Assembly (NCBI GenBank): GCA_013239625.1
Contig: MU053472.1
Span: 3,321,822 to 3,385,821 of the forward strand
Source of the DNA: Lama guanicoe
Taxonomy: Eukaryota
DNA: 64,000 bases
Direction of reading: 5' to 3'
Every line of letters begins with the position of its first letter. The stretch's first letter is position 1. The notes beneath the pieces were generated by a model. It was not told where the DNA came from and ran no database searches. It saw only the letters and a list, made by a program, of their open reading frames with translations. Below are positions 51,746-64,000 of the stretch, piece by piece. Made by a program: the position numbers and the translations under genes.

Positions 51746-54192
51746 TACTGCTATACTCAGTTTGCTAATACTTTACTTAGGATTCTTGACTATGTAGTCA
51801 TGAGTAATATTGAGCTATATAGTTTCATTACACTATCCTTAACCCATTTGAGTTCCTATTTTATGCCAGCCTCATAGAGTAAATTCAGGAGCTTTTGCCC
51901 TTTTCTATGCTGTTAAAATTTAACATGTTATCTGCTCGTTAAAAGTTTAATGAAACTCACTGAAAAAACTAGGAGTTCTTTCAGGAATAGAACTTTTAAC
52001 AGCCTTTTTCATTTTTAAGTGTGTATTGGCATCATATTTCTGCCAGTTCTTAAATCAATTTTTGTAATTAATTTTCTTACAAAATTACTCATTTTATTAG
52101 ATTAATGCATTGGTATAAGGTCCCTTATTCTGTTCCCTTAAAGTTTAAAAACTTCTTCTGAATATTGGGTGTTAACTTGTTCAGTTATGTCATTGCTTAT
52201 TTGTATTTTCTTATTTTTTCCCTTGATTTGAATTGCTAGAGGCTTATTCATTTTATTCATCTCTTCAAAGACCTAATACTTAGATTTATTACATCTACTG
52301 CTTTCTGTCTATTATTATGTTAGTTTTTGCCTTTGTTTCTGTTAATGCATCTTGTATTCATTTTTTTCCTTAACCAATATTTTATGTATACTTTGCAGTG
52401 GAAAAATTGATCATCATAATTTTTCTTACAGCATCTAAGTCTAGGACATGTTCAACACTTCTCTCCCATAAACTCCATACTCATAAGCCGTTGCTCCCCA
52501 TCTTCCCCTCCCCCATCCCCTAGTAACCACTAGTCTATTTTGTCTGCATGGATTTGTTTCTTCTGGACTTGTCATATAAATGGAATCACACAATATGAAT
52601 GCCTTTTATATCTGGTTTCTCTAACTTAGCATAATGTTTTCATCTATGTAGTAGCATGTATTTCAATTCTTTTTTATGGCTGAATGATACTTCCTGGTAT
52701 GTCTGTATCACTTTTTGTTTGATCTACTCATTAGTTGATGGGGACTTGGGGGTTTGTTTTGTTTTTTTGTGTGGTTTTTTTTTTTTTACTTTTGGGTTAT
52801 TATGAATAATGAAGCTGTTTGAACATTCATGTACAATTTTTTGTGCAGACATTTTTTTTTATCCTAAGTATATGCTTAACAGTGAAATTGCCAGGTTATA
52901 TGGGAACTACGTTTTACTTTTTGAGGCAGTGCCATACTGTTTCCAAAGTAACTGCACCATTTACATTCTCCAGCAGAGTATAGGGGTTCCAGTTTCTCCA
53001 TATCCTTATCAACACTTGTTATTTTCCATGGTTTTTGTTTTCTTTGCTCATTGAATTGTCTTGGCCTCCTTGTCAAAAACTAATTGACCATAAATGTAAG
53101 GGTTTATTTCTGGAGTCTAAATACTGTTTCATTAATCTGTATTTCTATCTTATACCAGTACCACAATCTTCATTACTATAGTTTTACAGCAAATTGTGAA
53201 ATGAGAAGTGTGAGTCCTCCATTCAAGATTGTTTGGGGGTATTCTGGATCTTAGACATTTTTCTATGAATTTTAGGGTCAGCTTGTCAATTTCTGCAAAA
53301 AAAAGGTGATTGAAATTTTTATAGAGGTTGTGTTGAATCTATCTTATAGATCAAGTTTGGGAGTATTACTGTGTTAACAATATTAAGTCTTCCAGCCAAT
53401 GAACGTGAAGTATTTTTCCTATCTTCTTTATACTCCTTTCAGTAATGTATGATAGTTTTCAATGTACAAGCCCTACATTTCTTTGTTAAATTTTCCCGTA
53501 AGTATTTTATTCTGTTTGATGCTACTGTAAATGGAACTGTTTTCTTAATTTCATTCTGGGATTATTCTTTGTTGATGTATAAAAAGACAATTATTGCTCT
53601 TATATCATCCTACCTTACTGAATCTGTTTATTATCTTTTAGTGCATCTCTTCTACTTTCTTTTAATTTCTTTTTATTATTTTTCTAACTTCTTGAGTCTG
53701 CATGTTGGGCCATTTAGTTTCTTTTTTTTCCTAATTAATTTGTTGTAAGGCTGTACATTTTCTTCTAATTACTGTTTTAGCTACAGACATCTTGAAGTAT
53801 TATAATTGTGGTTCATTTCTTTCAGCACTGATTTACTTTTTCATCCAGTAGTATTTTACAGTTTCCAAGTGCTTTGAGTTTTTTGTTGTTGTTAATATTT
53901 AATTTAATTGCATTGAGATTGGAGTTCATGTCTGGTATGATTTTTCTGTTGGAGTTAACTGATGTTTTTCTACTTTTGTAAGTGAAGACTGCTCCACAAA
54001 CAGCAAAACAGGAATACTTTTGGCAAAAAACTCCAAATAAACCAGTTGGGACCAGAGTGTTCTGTTTATTTTTGGACACTGTAGATGGAATACCTTCCCT
54101 GTATGATAAGATTAAACCTTTCTCTGACTGCCTAGGTAATGAGTTTTGTGCTATTTTATCATAATCAGAAATGTTTTTAAATGTCTTTGCAG

Positions 54193-54321
54193 CCACAAGT
54201 AAGAAGAGTAATTCACCCAAGCCAGCTCGGTCCAGTATAGCAGGTAGTCTGTCTCTTCGAAGAGCAGTAGACTCTGGGGAAAATAGCCGTTCTAAAGGAG
54301 ACTGTCAAACTTTGTCTGAAG
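54193..54321 (+). CDS. TRIM37: TRIM37 coding exon (approx. exon 20)
   Basis: tttgcag|CC ACA AGT...GAA G|gtaag; 129 nt; [42 protein letters not shown]. Confidence 0.95.
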
Positions 54322-54682
54322 GTAAGTTTGGAGAGTTCAGAACGTAATTTTGGTGGGTAGATGTCTGTTATTTGAAATTGATCTTATGGTATAGCACCAG
54401 ACCTCTAAAAGGCACCAAAATAGCTGAAACTTAATTTGAAAGTTCCTTGATCACACAACAGGATAGAGCCATCAGGAAGAAAATGCAACCATTAGACTCC
54501 ATATTCTGGACTCCTGAATTTTAAATACCTGGCATCAGAAAGACTGGGATATACATTAAAATTGTTTTTGACTTATCCTACAGTTTAAAAATGTAGGTAA
54601 TAGTGAGATCTCCTAACATGGAAGGTAGAGAGAGAACTTTTTGTTTGTCTGCCTTCTTTCTGAATATCTTCCTCTTCTGTAG

Positions 54683-54872
54683 GCTCCCCGGGAAGCACTC
54701 AGTCTGGGAGCAGGCATAGTTCTCCCCGAGCCTTGACACAGGGCAGTATCACTGACATTCTGCCGAAATCTGAAGACCGGCAGTGTCAAGCTTTGGATTC
54801 AGGTGCTCTTGTGGTTGCGGTTTTTAATGGCTTACCTACGGTAGAGAAAAGGAGAAAAATGGTCACCTTGGG
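54683..54872 (+). CDS. TRIM37: TRIM37 coding exon (approx. exon 21), includes basic EKRRK motif
   Basis: tctgtag|GC TCC CCG...TTG GG|gtaaa; 190 nt; [20 protein letters not shown]...[13 protein letters not shown](G). Confidence 0.95.
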
Positions 54873-56766
54873 GTAAATTAAGTTCTTTTGTTTATGTAAT
54901 GGAATAATAGCTACTAGCTTTGGCACTTGAAGTCTGCAACATAATGAACAAAATTAATTTCCACTTTGTTAATTTTTTAGTATTAAAATGTAACTTTTAA
55001 AATATCAGAGACCTTACTTTTTTTTTCCCTCAACAGAATGAGATAGTACCAGAAATTCAGTCTAAATATATTAGAGCTCATTTTCACTAATTTTAATAAT
55101 GTTGTTTAACCTTGTGTGAACTCTTTGTGAGATTTTTGTGTCAACTTTTTTCCCCATCTGTTCCACACTTTTCAGAGACATTTGTGCTGGGCTGTATTAT
55201 GTCCCATAGGTCTTTTGCACATATTTTGTTTGGAGTATAGCACTTCTAGCAGTTTTATTTTAACATTACTTTTCGGTTTTTATCTCACCTTTTTTCTCTC
55301 ACCTTATTAAAGTGTCTTTAAAACACATAGTTGGAATTTCCCAAAAGGGGAAATACATATTGTCAGTACCTTTATCTCTCTCCCAGGAAAGAAACTCAGA
55401 TCCCAGCCACGCCAGTTAAACTTCCATTCATTCAAAGGAGTGTGATTGTGGAATGTGCTGTCTGTGAATGTGCTAGATGGGCCATTAATATCCATCTGCT
55501 GATCTATTCTATGGATATTAAATACATCTCCAATTTCAAACAATGGAATAGTTCTACCTTGGAGGCTTTGAAAAGAAATTTGAATTAAATTTAGAGAAAG
55601 ATTAATATTCCTTAAGTTTACTTAATTTTATACAGTTTTAAGATCTGGATAAATTACCAAATACAAAAGAACAGCTGGTGCCATAGTTTTCTGTTCTAGC
55701 TCTAATTTAAGCAGTGGAAAGTTGTTATAGTCATTGGAGATTGTCTTGCCCTCCCCTGTTACCTAGCCTGGTTTTATACATGTTTCTTTCAAGGTGAAGC
55801 TACAACTTGTTTTTTTATTTTATTTGTTATGGAGATATTTATATCTGCCTTTAGTCATAAAGATTAAATGTGTATGAATGTACACCTTTTTCTAGACTGT
55901 AAAATCCTTTATAAATGTGTAAAGCTCATATCTATAACCCTCATTTTACAGTTAATTATGTTGCCAGGCTGGCTTGTGGTGTTTTCCAGCTTGTGTCTTT
56001 TTTTTTTCCTTGCCTGATTTAAAGTAGTGTAAGCAAAAATTTTAAATACTGATAATAAATGGTTCAAAAATGGAAGTAAACAAAGAATATTAAGTTAAAA
56101 TTTCCCCATCTTTGTCTCCCATCTGCTTTGTTTTCCAACCCCCTGCCCACATACATTGCTGTTATTAATTTTTTAAATTTAATTTAATTTAAAAAATATT
56201 TCTGTTGTTTTTTGTTCTCTCTTTTTTTTCTTTCTGTTTTTTGGTTTTTCGGTTCTTAATTTTTTATATATGTTCTGTCTTCTCAGTTTTTAGGTATGTT
56301 TAAGTAGCTGTTACTATATGGCTCTTTAAATACAAAAAGTGCACCTTGTTTTTCCACTCAGTATATTTCAAAAGTTGTTCAGTGTTGGTGAGGACGAATT
56401 ATTTAGGGCTTCTGTTTATATTAATTTTAAATTGAAACTCTTATTAAGATAACTGTAGATTCACATGCAATTTATAAGAAGTAATAGAGCGTGTGTACCT
56501 TACCCAGTTCCCCCAATCATAACAATTACAAAACTCTGATACATTATCGCAGGATATGGACAGTAATGTAATCCATGACTTTATGACTTTTCATTGTGAG
56601 TCTTCTAGTGAATGTTTTGAAAATAAAACTTGAAATTTAGTACTAAACACCAGTGCCCTATTCTCTCCTTAGTTTGATACTCAGTTTCTGGGCAAGAAGA
56701 AAATCTAGATTATTGTATCACTGATTAGTTATACAAAAATATCAGGTTATTTTCTCTCTCTTTGAG

Positions 56767-56885
56767 GACTAATGCTAAAGGAGGTCTCCTGGAAGGAATG
56801 CAGATGACTGATTTGGAAAATAATTCTGAAACTGGGGAATTACAGCCTATACTACCTGAAGGAGCTTCAGCTGCCCCGGAGGAAG
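56767..56885 (+). CDS. TRIM37: TRIM37 coding exon (approx. exon 22)
   Basis: ctctttgag|G ACT AAT...GAA G|gtaag; 119 nt; [39 protein letters not shown]. Confidence 0.92.
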
Positions 56886-57305
56886 GTAAGCAAGAGATAA
56901 AGTCATTAATTAGGTTGGAGGCGGAATAGTGATCTTTTTCTGGTGTAGTGGGGAGTGGTTGGTTTAATAAAACAGTTACTGAGACATTATCTACTGTCCT
57001 ACCTGTTTGATCTGAAAACAGCATTCATTGTGCCACTGTGTTTGATTTACTAGGACATTAAGCACAAGGGAAGGCAAAATGGATAACTGCATAAAAGGAC
57101 AGGTCTTACTAGAAGGGACATTTACAGGGGGAAGAATCTGCAGATACTTCATCGGCTCATTTATTAAATGTTACGCCACCTACATAATAGGCATTGAAGT
57201 CTTGCTAAATATGAAAAGACGTAATTGCATATGTTCACTATCTTATGGGGAAAACATGCCCCCAAACAACTAATTAGAATATTAAATATTAAGTACCATG
57301 TCTTT

Positions 57306-57435
57306 GGGGGGGGGTTGGAGGTAATTCGGTTTATTTATTTATTTACTTTTTTTAGAGGAGATATTGGGGATTGAACCCAGGACACCTCATGCATGCTAAG
57401 CATGAGCTCTACCACTTTGAGCTCTACCTTCCCCC
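57306..57435 (-). mobile_element. tRNA-derived SINE (Vic-1-like)
   Basis: ggggattgaacccaggac...ctctaccactttgagct; TSD aagtacc(at/tc)gtcttt. Confidence 0.88.
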
Positions 57436-58297
57436 AAGTACCTCGTCTTTTAAAGTCAGTCTTGATTAATGTTTGTAGATTGCTTTGCTCTTACAGGAGT
57501 ATTTCAAACTTTATCTGTTTAAAAAATCCTTTATGGTAACTGACTTCAACTCTGCCAATTCATTCTCCATTACATTTCTAGTATTCTTCTACATGTTCTT
57601 CCAGGTTCATTGTTCTTTTTTCCAGGTTCATTGTTCTTTATCTAAAAGCATAGAAGATACTGTGTAATTTTGAGTAACAGAAGGTCTTGAAACAAGGCTG
57701 TGTGTGCTGCCCTTGCTTGTCCTTTATATGTTAGCAGGAAAGCATGTCAACTTTATTACTAATATTTGACATTGAAATTTATTTCATTTCTCAGTGAAAC
57801 TCTGCCGCTTATCACCTCTGCAGTTATTTGAATTTCAACGACTGATGAATTGTAGCTCAAAGCATACATAAAGATGCCAGCATCTACCTCTGGCTGCCCT
57901 GTGAGAATGTGTGTGTGGGTGGTGGCATTTTCAGGTTTTTCAGTTGAAGAACACTAAACATTTTGGTTTTCCTTCTTAGTTGGTGCTCCTGTGGCGGGCA
58001 GCATTATTTCAGTAGAAGAGATTAAATGGAAAGGAGTTTTAGAGTGAACTGTTGATTTTTAAAACATTAAGGAAAAAAATTATGATTGATGATCTTTATA
58101 GAAAGAATCTGTGGGAATGAGCTAGTTTCCATGTATTTATACATGCTGATTATAAACTGTAGTGCCTTAAACTTTTATAGCATGTGCTGGAATTATAGGC
58201 TCCTTTTATTTATGCGGCATTTATGAAATGCTTCTAATTTGCCTGGCATTATATTTGGTTCTGGTGATAAAGTAATTCCTGAACCTACCGATTAGTT

Positions 58298-58521
58298 CAG
58301 GGTTTCTCTCCCTTGGCACCACTGACATTTTGGGCCAGCTGATTCTTTGTTGTAAGGGGCTGCCCTGTGCATTGTAGGATGTTTAGCAGCATCCTTGGCT
58401 TTAACAAAACACTAGGTGCCGGTAGTACCTCCTCTGAATTACAGTAACCAAAATGTCTCCGGACATTGCCAAATGTCCCCTGGGAGGCAAAATCATCCTC
58501 TAAAACTGTTGAGAACCACTG
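58298..58521. mobile_element. MER20 (hAT-Charlie MITE)
   Basis: cagggtttctc...gacattttgggcc...gtgcattgtaggatgtttagcagcatcc...gttgagaaccactg. Confidence 0.88.
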
Positions 58522-60589
58522 GTTGAGTTGAATAACTCTCAGTCAGGGGTGACAACTCTTCAAGAATCACTTGCCAGAATAGGTCACAGTTACAAATGGG
58601 AGGGAGCAAGTTGTAGTTCTCAGATATGCTGAATATATGTGTTGGTGGGAGGGGGCAGGGAGAGCCGTTCAAAACCGCTGGTCAGGTGTTGGAGGCCAGT
58701 TAATAACCAGTTATAAAATGATGAATGCTGTGATAGGATATATAGGGAGCTCAAACAGCAGATATGTAATAATAGAAATAATAGATAATATTTGTAAGTC
58801 CTTGTTATGTGTTAGAGACTGCTTAAAGCTTTACCAGTATTATCTTACATTTTCTTAATACAGCCCTACATGGTAGTTACTTTATTATCTTCATTTTACA
58901 GATGAGTAGGCAGACACCTAGAGATGTAACTTATTTTACTCAAAGTCACAGAGCCAGTGCTTTTAACTGTCACCTCTCTACTAACCTAGTCCACCGTTAG
59001 AAAGATTATCCTAAGGGATGAGTTTGAGTTAGGTGAAGATGGGGCCAGAGTGGAGGCAGAGGTCAGATCATGAAGAGTTGCTCTGTATGTCTAGCTAGAA
59101 TTTGGACTTTGTCCTTTAAATGGGATCTAAGCAAGAAATTAGATAATAAAATTAAACATTCCTACTCTAGCTACGTTGAGGGGAATGGATTTGAGGGAGT
59201 AGGATGGCATGTGGAACCCTGTGGACAGGAAAACTCGTTAGAAGCATGTTAAAGTATGTGAGGGATGACTTGGACTTTTAAATTTCAGCCTTCACCTCAT
59301 AAATTCACATTATCTCAATTTTTTCTAGGTAAATAGCTAGAGGTTAGACATTGCAATGTATGGGGCAAGGCACACAGCAAATAGCTTGTGACCTATTGCT
59401 TCACAGTGGCTAGTTTCATTTCCAAAAAATGAAAGTGTATGACCTTGTATTTACTCCCTCTCACTGATGGCAATGGTTTGTACAGGACCTGGTGACCAGC
59501 AGGCCAGCTTTAAACTAGAGGTCAAGAGACCAATTTGTCTTTCTCATTACATTCACAAAGCTAGGGAACTTAAGATCTCAGGACTTAATGAAAGACCAAG
59601 CAGTATTTTCTTGCAGGAATTCCCTTTCAACATTTCTTAAGAAATACATGTTTTCCTAAATCCTGAGAAAAATGAGTCAAGAAATCAAAAAAAAATAAGA
59701 AAAAATTATTCTAATTCTCCTGTTAGAGTTATTCTTAACAGTCAGCACAGAAACATGACTGCTTTGAAGGAATTCCCTTATGATAAGTTGAAAGTATAAA
59801 CTGGAAATGCTGGTACCTGAAATCAAAGGCTAAGATCAACAGGAGCACCTTGGAAAGAAGCAATTGTGATCAAATCAGTCCTGGTTACAGATATTGTCAT
59901 TTCATAAGGATGTGTCCATGGCCCTGTCTGCTGCTGTGTAAATATTAAGGAGTCTGTATTGAACTGTACAGGAGTTTCATGAGTGGTGTTCCAAGACATA
60001 GGAAGTTTTGGAAGCAGAATAATTCTGTATATTGGCATTTTTGACATGTGAGTCTATGTAGTGTGCTATAAACTTTGCTAAGAGTTCTAAATGTTACATT
60101 ATTCAACTGTTAACACAATAATGTTCAGAGCATTTTTCAGGATTTTAATATTCATTGTAAGCTACAGTTCTTGTAAATACTACAAACTAAATTTAAAAAA
60201 TTTAAAGATACATTGTAAGTATTTAAATAACTTAAGATTTTGAGAATTCCTGAGAATTCCAATTCCTTTTTTGTGACTCCTGGAGTTTAATGTATGTCAG
60301 GAATTCAGAAACCATAGTACCAAGAGGCCAAATTTGTGTCTAGAATTTCAAGTTGTTGGGTTTAGGGTTCTCAGCAACAGTTCCATGAAGGGCCACAAGG
60401 TGGAGATGATGCTTCATGCAAGTTGGTGGTTCTGGTCTGTAATGTGTCACTTTTGACTTCCTAGAGCAGGGAAGCTTTTTCCTTTGCTCAGGAAGGAGAT
60501 TTCAAACATACATACATACATCATTTCAAACATCCATACATCCAGCCTATATCTTCAGAATATTTAAGGGAGAAATAATGCTACACAAT

Positions 60590-62760
60590 ACTACGCAAAC
60601 GCTTCTTAAAAACAGAGGAGGAAAAATTCACCAATAAAGCCATCAGGGGCTGCAGTTTTCTTTGTTGGAATTTTTTAAACTATTAAATTCCATTTCCTTA
60701 ATAGTTAAAGTACCTATTTAGATTATCTATTTTTACCTGAATGATTTTGGTATTTTGTGTCTATCAAATAATGTTCATTTCATCTGTGTTCTTGATTTGA
60801 TGAGCACTAAGTTTTTTATAGTGTTCCATTTTTATCTAAGATGTCTGTAGAACCTGTAGTGATGTCCCCTCTTACATTCCCAATGTTACTAGTTTTGTTT
60901 GCTCTCTTTTTTTCTTAGTCTGCCTAGGAACCTTTCTGTTGTATTTACCTTTCCAAAGAACTGTCTTCTTATTTTACTGATTTCTCTATTCTTTCCTGCT
61001 AATTTTATTTCTGTTTATTTCCTTTCTTTTACTTTAGCTTATTTACTCTTTTTTTCTAGTTTCTTAAAGTAGATGCTTAGGTCATTAATTTGAGGCCTTT
61101 TTCTCTTCTAATGTAAGTGTTTAATGCTATAAATTTCTCTTTAAGCACTGCTGTTGCCACATCCCTAAACTTTTGATATGTTGTAATTTTATTTTTATTC
61201 GATTCAGAGTACTTTCCATTAATTCTGAAAAATTCTCAGCCATTTTCTCCTTTTGTCTCGCCTTTGCTGTCCCTATGGCTGTCTAGTTGATACAGTTTGA
61301 ACTTTTATTCTCATTTATCCCTTGTTTCATAGTATCTTTTATGTAATAGTCATTTTTTTTAATATTCTGGTTAATTTTATCAGTTCTATCTTTAAGTTTT
61401 TCAACCTTGTTTAAATTCATCTATTATTTTAACTTTAATGACTGTATTTCATTTCTGGAAAGTCTATTTAGTAATTTTTTTAAATCTATACTTTTTTCCA
61501 CATTAAACTGAATTGTGTAGTCTCTCTCAGGTGACTTTATGAAAAACTTGTGTTATTGTCCTTCTATGTATATCTGCTTGACTCTTACGTCAGGTGGATT
61601 GTCTGCCTTGTTTGTAAATTTTGATTAGAATATAGTGTTCTGAGGGAAAGGTATAGCTCTAGTGGTACAGCACATGTTTAGCATACGTGAGGTCCTAGGT
61701 TCAACCCCCAGTACGTCCTCTAAAAATAAATTAACCTAATTACCTACCCCCAAAATAAAATAATTAAATAATACAATGATAAATAAAATACTAAAGAAAA
61801 TAGACAACTCTTTTTTTTTTTAAGAACATAGCTTTCTGAGACTTTTTCTCTCCCTTGTGAGAATTCCTTTTTTTTTTTCTTTTTTTTTCTTTTTTTCTTT
61901 TTTTCCACTTTCTTTTTTCCTGTGGTAATTCTTGTGACCTGGATTGTGGAAGCTTCCCACCAGAGAGGTCTTTTAAATATGTTTCAAGATTGTTCACGAG
62001 CCTTCTTACATCCGCTTTAATCCGTGTTAGATAATTCCAACATCTCTGTCATCTCAGCATTGTTGTTTGCTGCTTGTCTTTACCTGGTTTTCCATATGCC
62101 GAAGCAATTTTAAATTGCATTCTGGACATTTTTAATATGATGTCATGAGACTCTGGGTGTTGTTTAAATTTGCCCATTTATTGGTATTTCAAATTCTGGT
62201 CCACACCAGTCTGCCGGTTCCTGTTTACTTTTCGGAGTCCTTAAGTAGCCACTTCATGCATGCTGTCCAGGTTTTTTTAACTGCACTTAGTGGGAAAGAC
62301 GGAGTGGAATGGGCTTATTCCATGTTACCTGGAACCTTCCCTCCAGAGGATTTTACATTTGCTTTATTCAGATAACACTAGCTCCTGACCAATTTTTATG
62401 TTAATTTCTTAAGATTTGAACCTCAGCTTTCAATCTCAAACTTAAATTAAGCACACAGGCCTTACTTTGAATTTTGAGGTGAGCTGAGCCTAGAAACAAG
62501 ACAAAATTCCTTGCCATCTTCCTGTGCCAGTAGGCAGAATTTTTTAGTTTATTCTTTTAATAAGAATTTTAGCTATGTGCAGAGACTGGAGTTTTAGTCT
62601 CAGTTTCAACCCTATGTCTGTGGTGGATCCAAAGTTTTTTTTTCCCTATCCCCAAAGGAGTGTTAAAGGCCTTCACATCAAGCTCTCGGGCAACTGCATC
62701 TACCCCAGTAGTTTTCTTTTTGTTTCTATACCTTTGGGTTTCCCTTCTTTCTTTTAAATG
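60590..62760 (-). mobile_element. Old L1 remnants
   Basis: ORF2-like text 60620-61210 (atgctataaatttctctttaagcactgct); 5'/ORF1-like remnants beyond; boundaries approximate. Confidence 0.55.
61643..61790 (+). mobile_element. tRNA-derived SINE (Vic-1-like)
   Basis: ggtatagctctagtggtacagcacatgtttagcatacgtgaggtcctaggttcaaccccc followed by an aacctaattacctaccccc tail. Confidence 0.85.
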
Positions 62761-63417
62761 TGGCTGTTCATTAAAGTAATTTTTAAGTTTATATTTTATC
62801 TAGTATTTATAAAGGTTTGCAGCAGAAGGATTTTCAGATTTTCTTGATCACTCTCACTGAAATAGAAGTACTTTCTGTACTATAAGCATTCTATAGAACT
62901 TTTCTTTTAAAAATCAACTTATATGCAAAAAAACAAAATTGGAGGTCCAAATGTGATAGTAACTCATTTATTGCTAGAATTACTGGAATTTTTTATACAC
63001 ACACATAGATAAAAGTGTAAATCTGTGCCTGTGTTTATGTATGTTTATATATGTTTTAGGTTAGAAACTACGTTGAATCAGGATTAAAAGTTCCTCTTAT
63101 CTCTTATGACTAGAAGAAAACTGTTTGCTTTGGAAAAATATTCTCAGTATAATGAAATTAATACTGTTTTCAAATTATAAATTTTCAGGTACTGTGAAAA
63201 GGGCATTTTTAATCTTTGAGAACAAAAATAAACACTGCTCTAAATAACTAAAGAGAGCTGAAGTTTATGTGGTTACTTTTTTCCTTGTTTTGTTTGCTTG
63301 GTGTGTTGGCATTCAGTGTAACATTCAGGAGGAATCTCAGTTTAGTAGATAGGGAGATTGCCTTTTCCTTGCAGTGGTTTCTTACCCGAAACATGTTCTC
63401 CCTTTCTTTCCTGCCAG

Positions 63418-63528
63418 GAATGAGTAGCGACAGTGATATTGAGTGTGACACTGAGAATGAGGAGCAGGAAGAGCACACCGGCATGGGCGGATTTAGCGAC
63501 TCTTTCATGGCGCAGCCCCCAGATGAAG
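63418..63528 (+). CDS. TRIM37: TRIM37 coding exon (approx. exon 23); the gene continues beyond the window
   Basis: ctgccag|GA ATG AGT...GAA G|gtgca; 111 nt; [36 protein letters not shown]. Confidence 0.92.
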
Positions 63529-63575
63529 GTGCAGCACATGATGTCATTTCACAGGGATTAATAAAACCATCTCTC

Positions 63576-63645
63576 CTGTTGCTGCTGCTGCTGCTTCTTC
63601 CTTTGCTTCTGTTTCTTCTTCTGCTTTGCTGCTTCTGCTTCTTTT
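63576..63645. repeat. Imperfect (CTG/CTT)n trinucleotide tract
   Basis: ctgttgctgctgctgctgcttcttcctttgcttctgtttcttcttctgctttgctgcttctgcttc. Confidence 0.85.
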
Positions 63646-63765
63646 CCTATTTAAAATTACTGTCATTTGTGAGACAGCATTCTGTGGGGTAAACTAAATG
63701 GTGAGTACTGAAAATATTTGGTAGGTAAACTTGGTAGTTGCCTGGTCAGACATCTGTTAGGTGGA

Positions 63766-63941
63766 GCAGGTGTTGGCATCTGTCTCTGGTACAGACTGTG
63801 ACCTAAGAATGTCTTTCACGTTGTAAAGAGTTGTAAAACCAAGCAAAACAAAGAAGACTCTTCAGTAGAGACCATTTGTGTCCTGCAAGTACCTGAATGT
63901 TTACTGTCTGCCATTTTATAGAAAATGTTTGCCAGCCCCTG
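63766..63941. mobile_element. MER58-like hAT MITE
   Basis: caggtgttggca...tttactgtctgccattttatagaaaatgtttgccagcccctg. Confidence 0.5.
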
Positions 63942-64000
63942 AGGAGGTTTCAGATGTTTGTTTGTTCTTTTCAGAGATATATGTAGCCTACCTCGTAAGA

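Larger units (their letters stand above)
49690..53930 (-). mobile_element. Very old L1 remnant with nested MIR, U6 chimera, MITE and a younger L1 (52450-53650)
   Basis: Degenerate ORF2-like text throughout; boundaries approximate. Confidence 0.55.

Noticed and set aside
54196..54204. Cryptic donor caa|gtaaga inside the exon
   Set aside because: Only 6 nt from the acceptor, too close for exon definition; no supporting evidence.
63267..63417. Signal-peptide-like N-terminus ([16 protein letters not shown]) in frame with the 63418 exon
   Set aside because: T-rich intron sequence readily encodes hydrophobic residues; no promoter or transcript evidence.

Overview
Mammalian, intron-rich genomic DNA. 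The tRNA-derived SINE family suggests a camelid (inference). The + strand carries 14 consecutive coding exons of TRIM37. They total 2000 nt and splice GT-AG into one open frame, from the MATH/TRAF domain to the acidic C-terminal region. Their sizes match my recollection of human exons 10-23. The introns contain LINE-1s, SINEs, Tigger/Charlie/MER DNA transposons, MaLR LTRs and four L1-mediated RNA retrocopies: a 28S 3' end, a tailless 5S, a 5' half-tRNA and a U6/L1 chimera. The most unusual feature is a pair of young minus-strand L1 pieces 38.6 kb apart that are exact complements. The piece at 40553-44325 has the 5'UTR, intact ORF1 and a complete endonuclease, has a target-site duplication (TSD), and has no poly(A) tail. 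The piece at 1-1987 has an open, endonuclease-less RT frame. The two overlap by an identical 53 bp and are collinear. All repeat-family names and human comparisons come from memory, not database searches.
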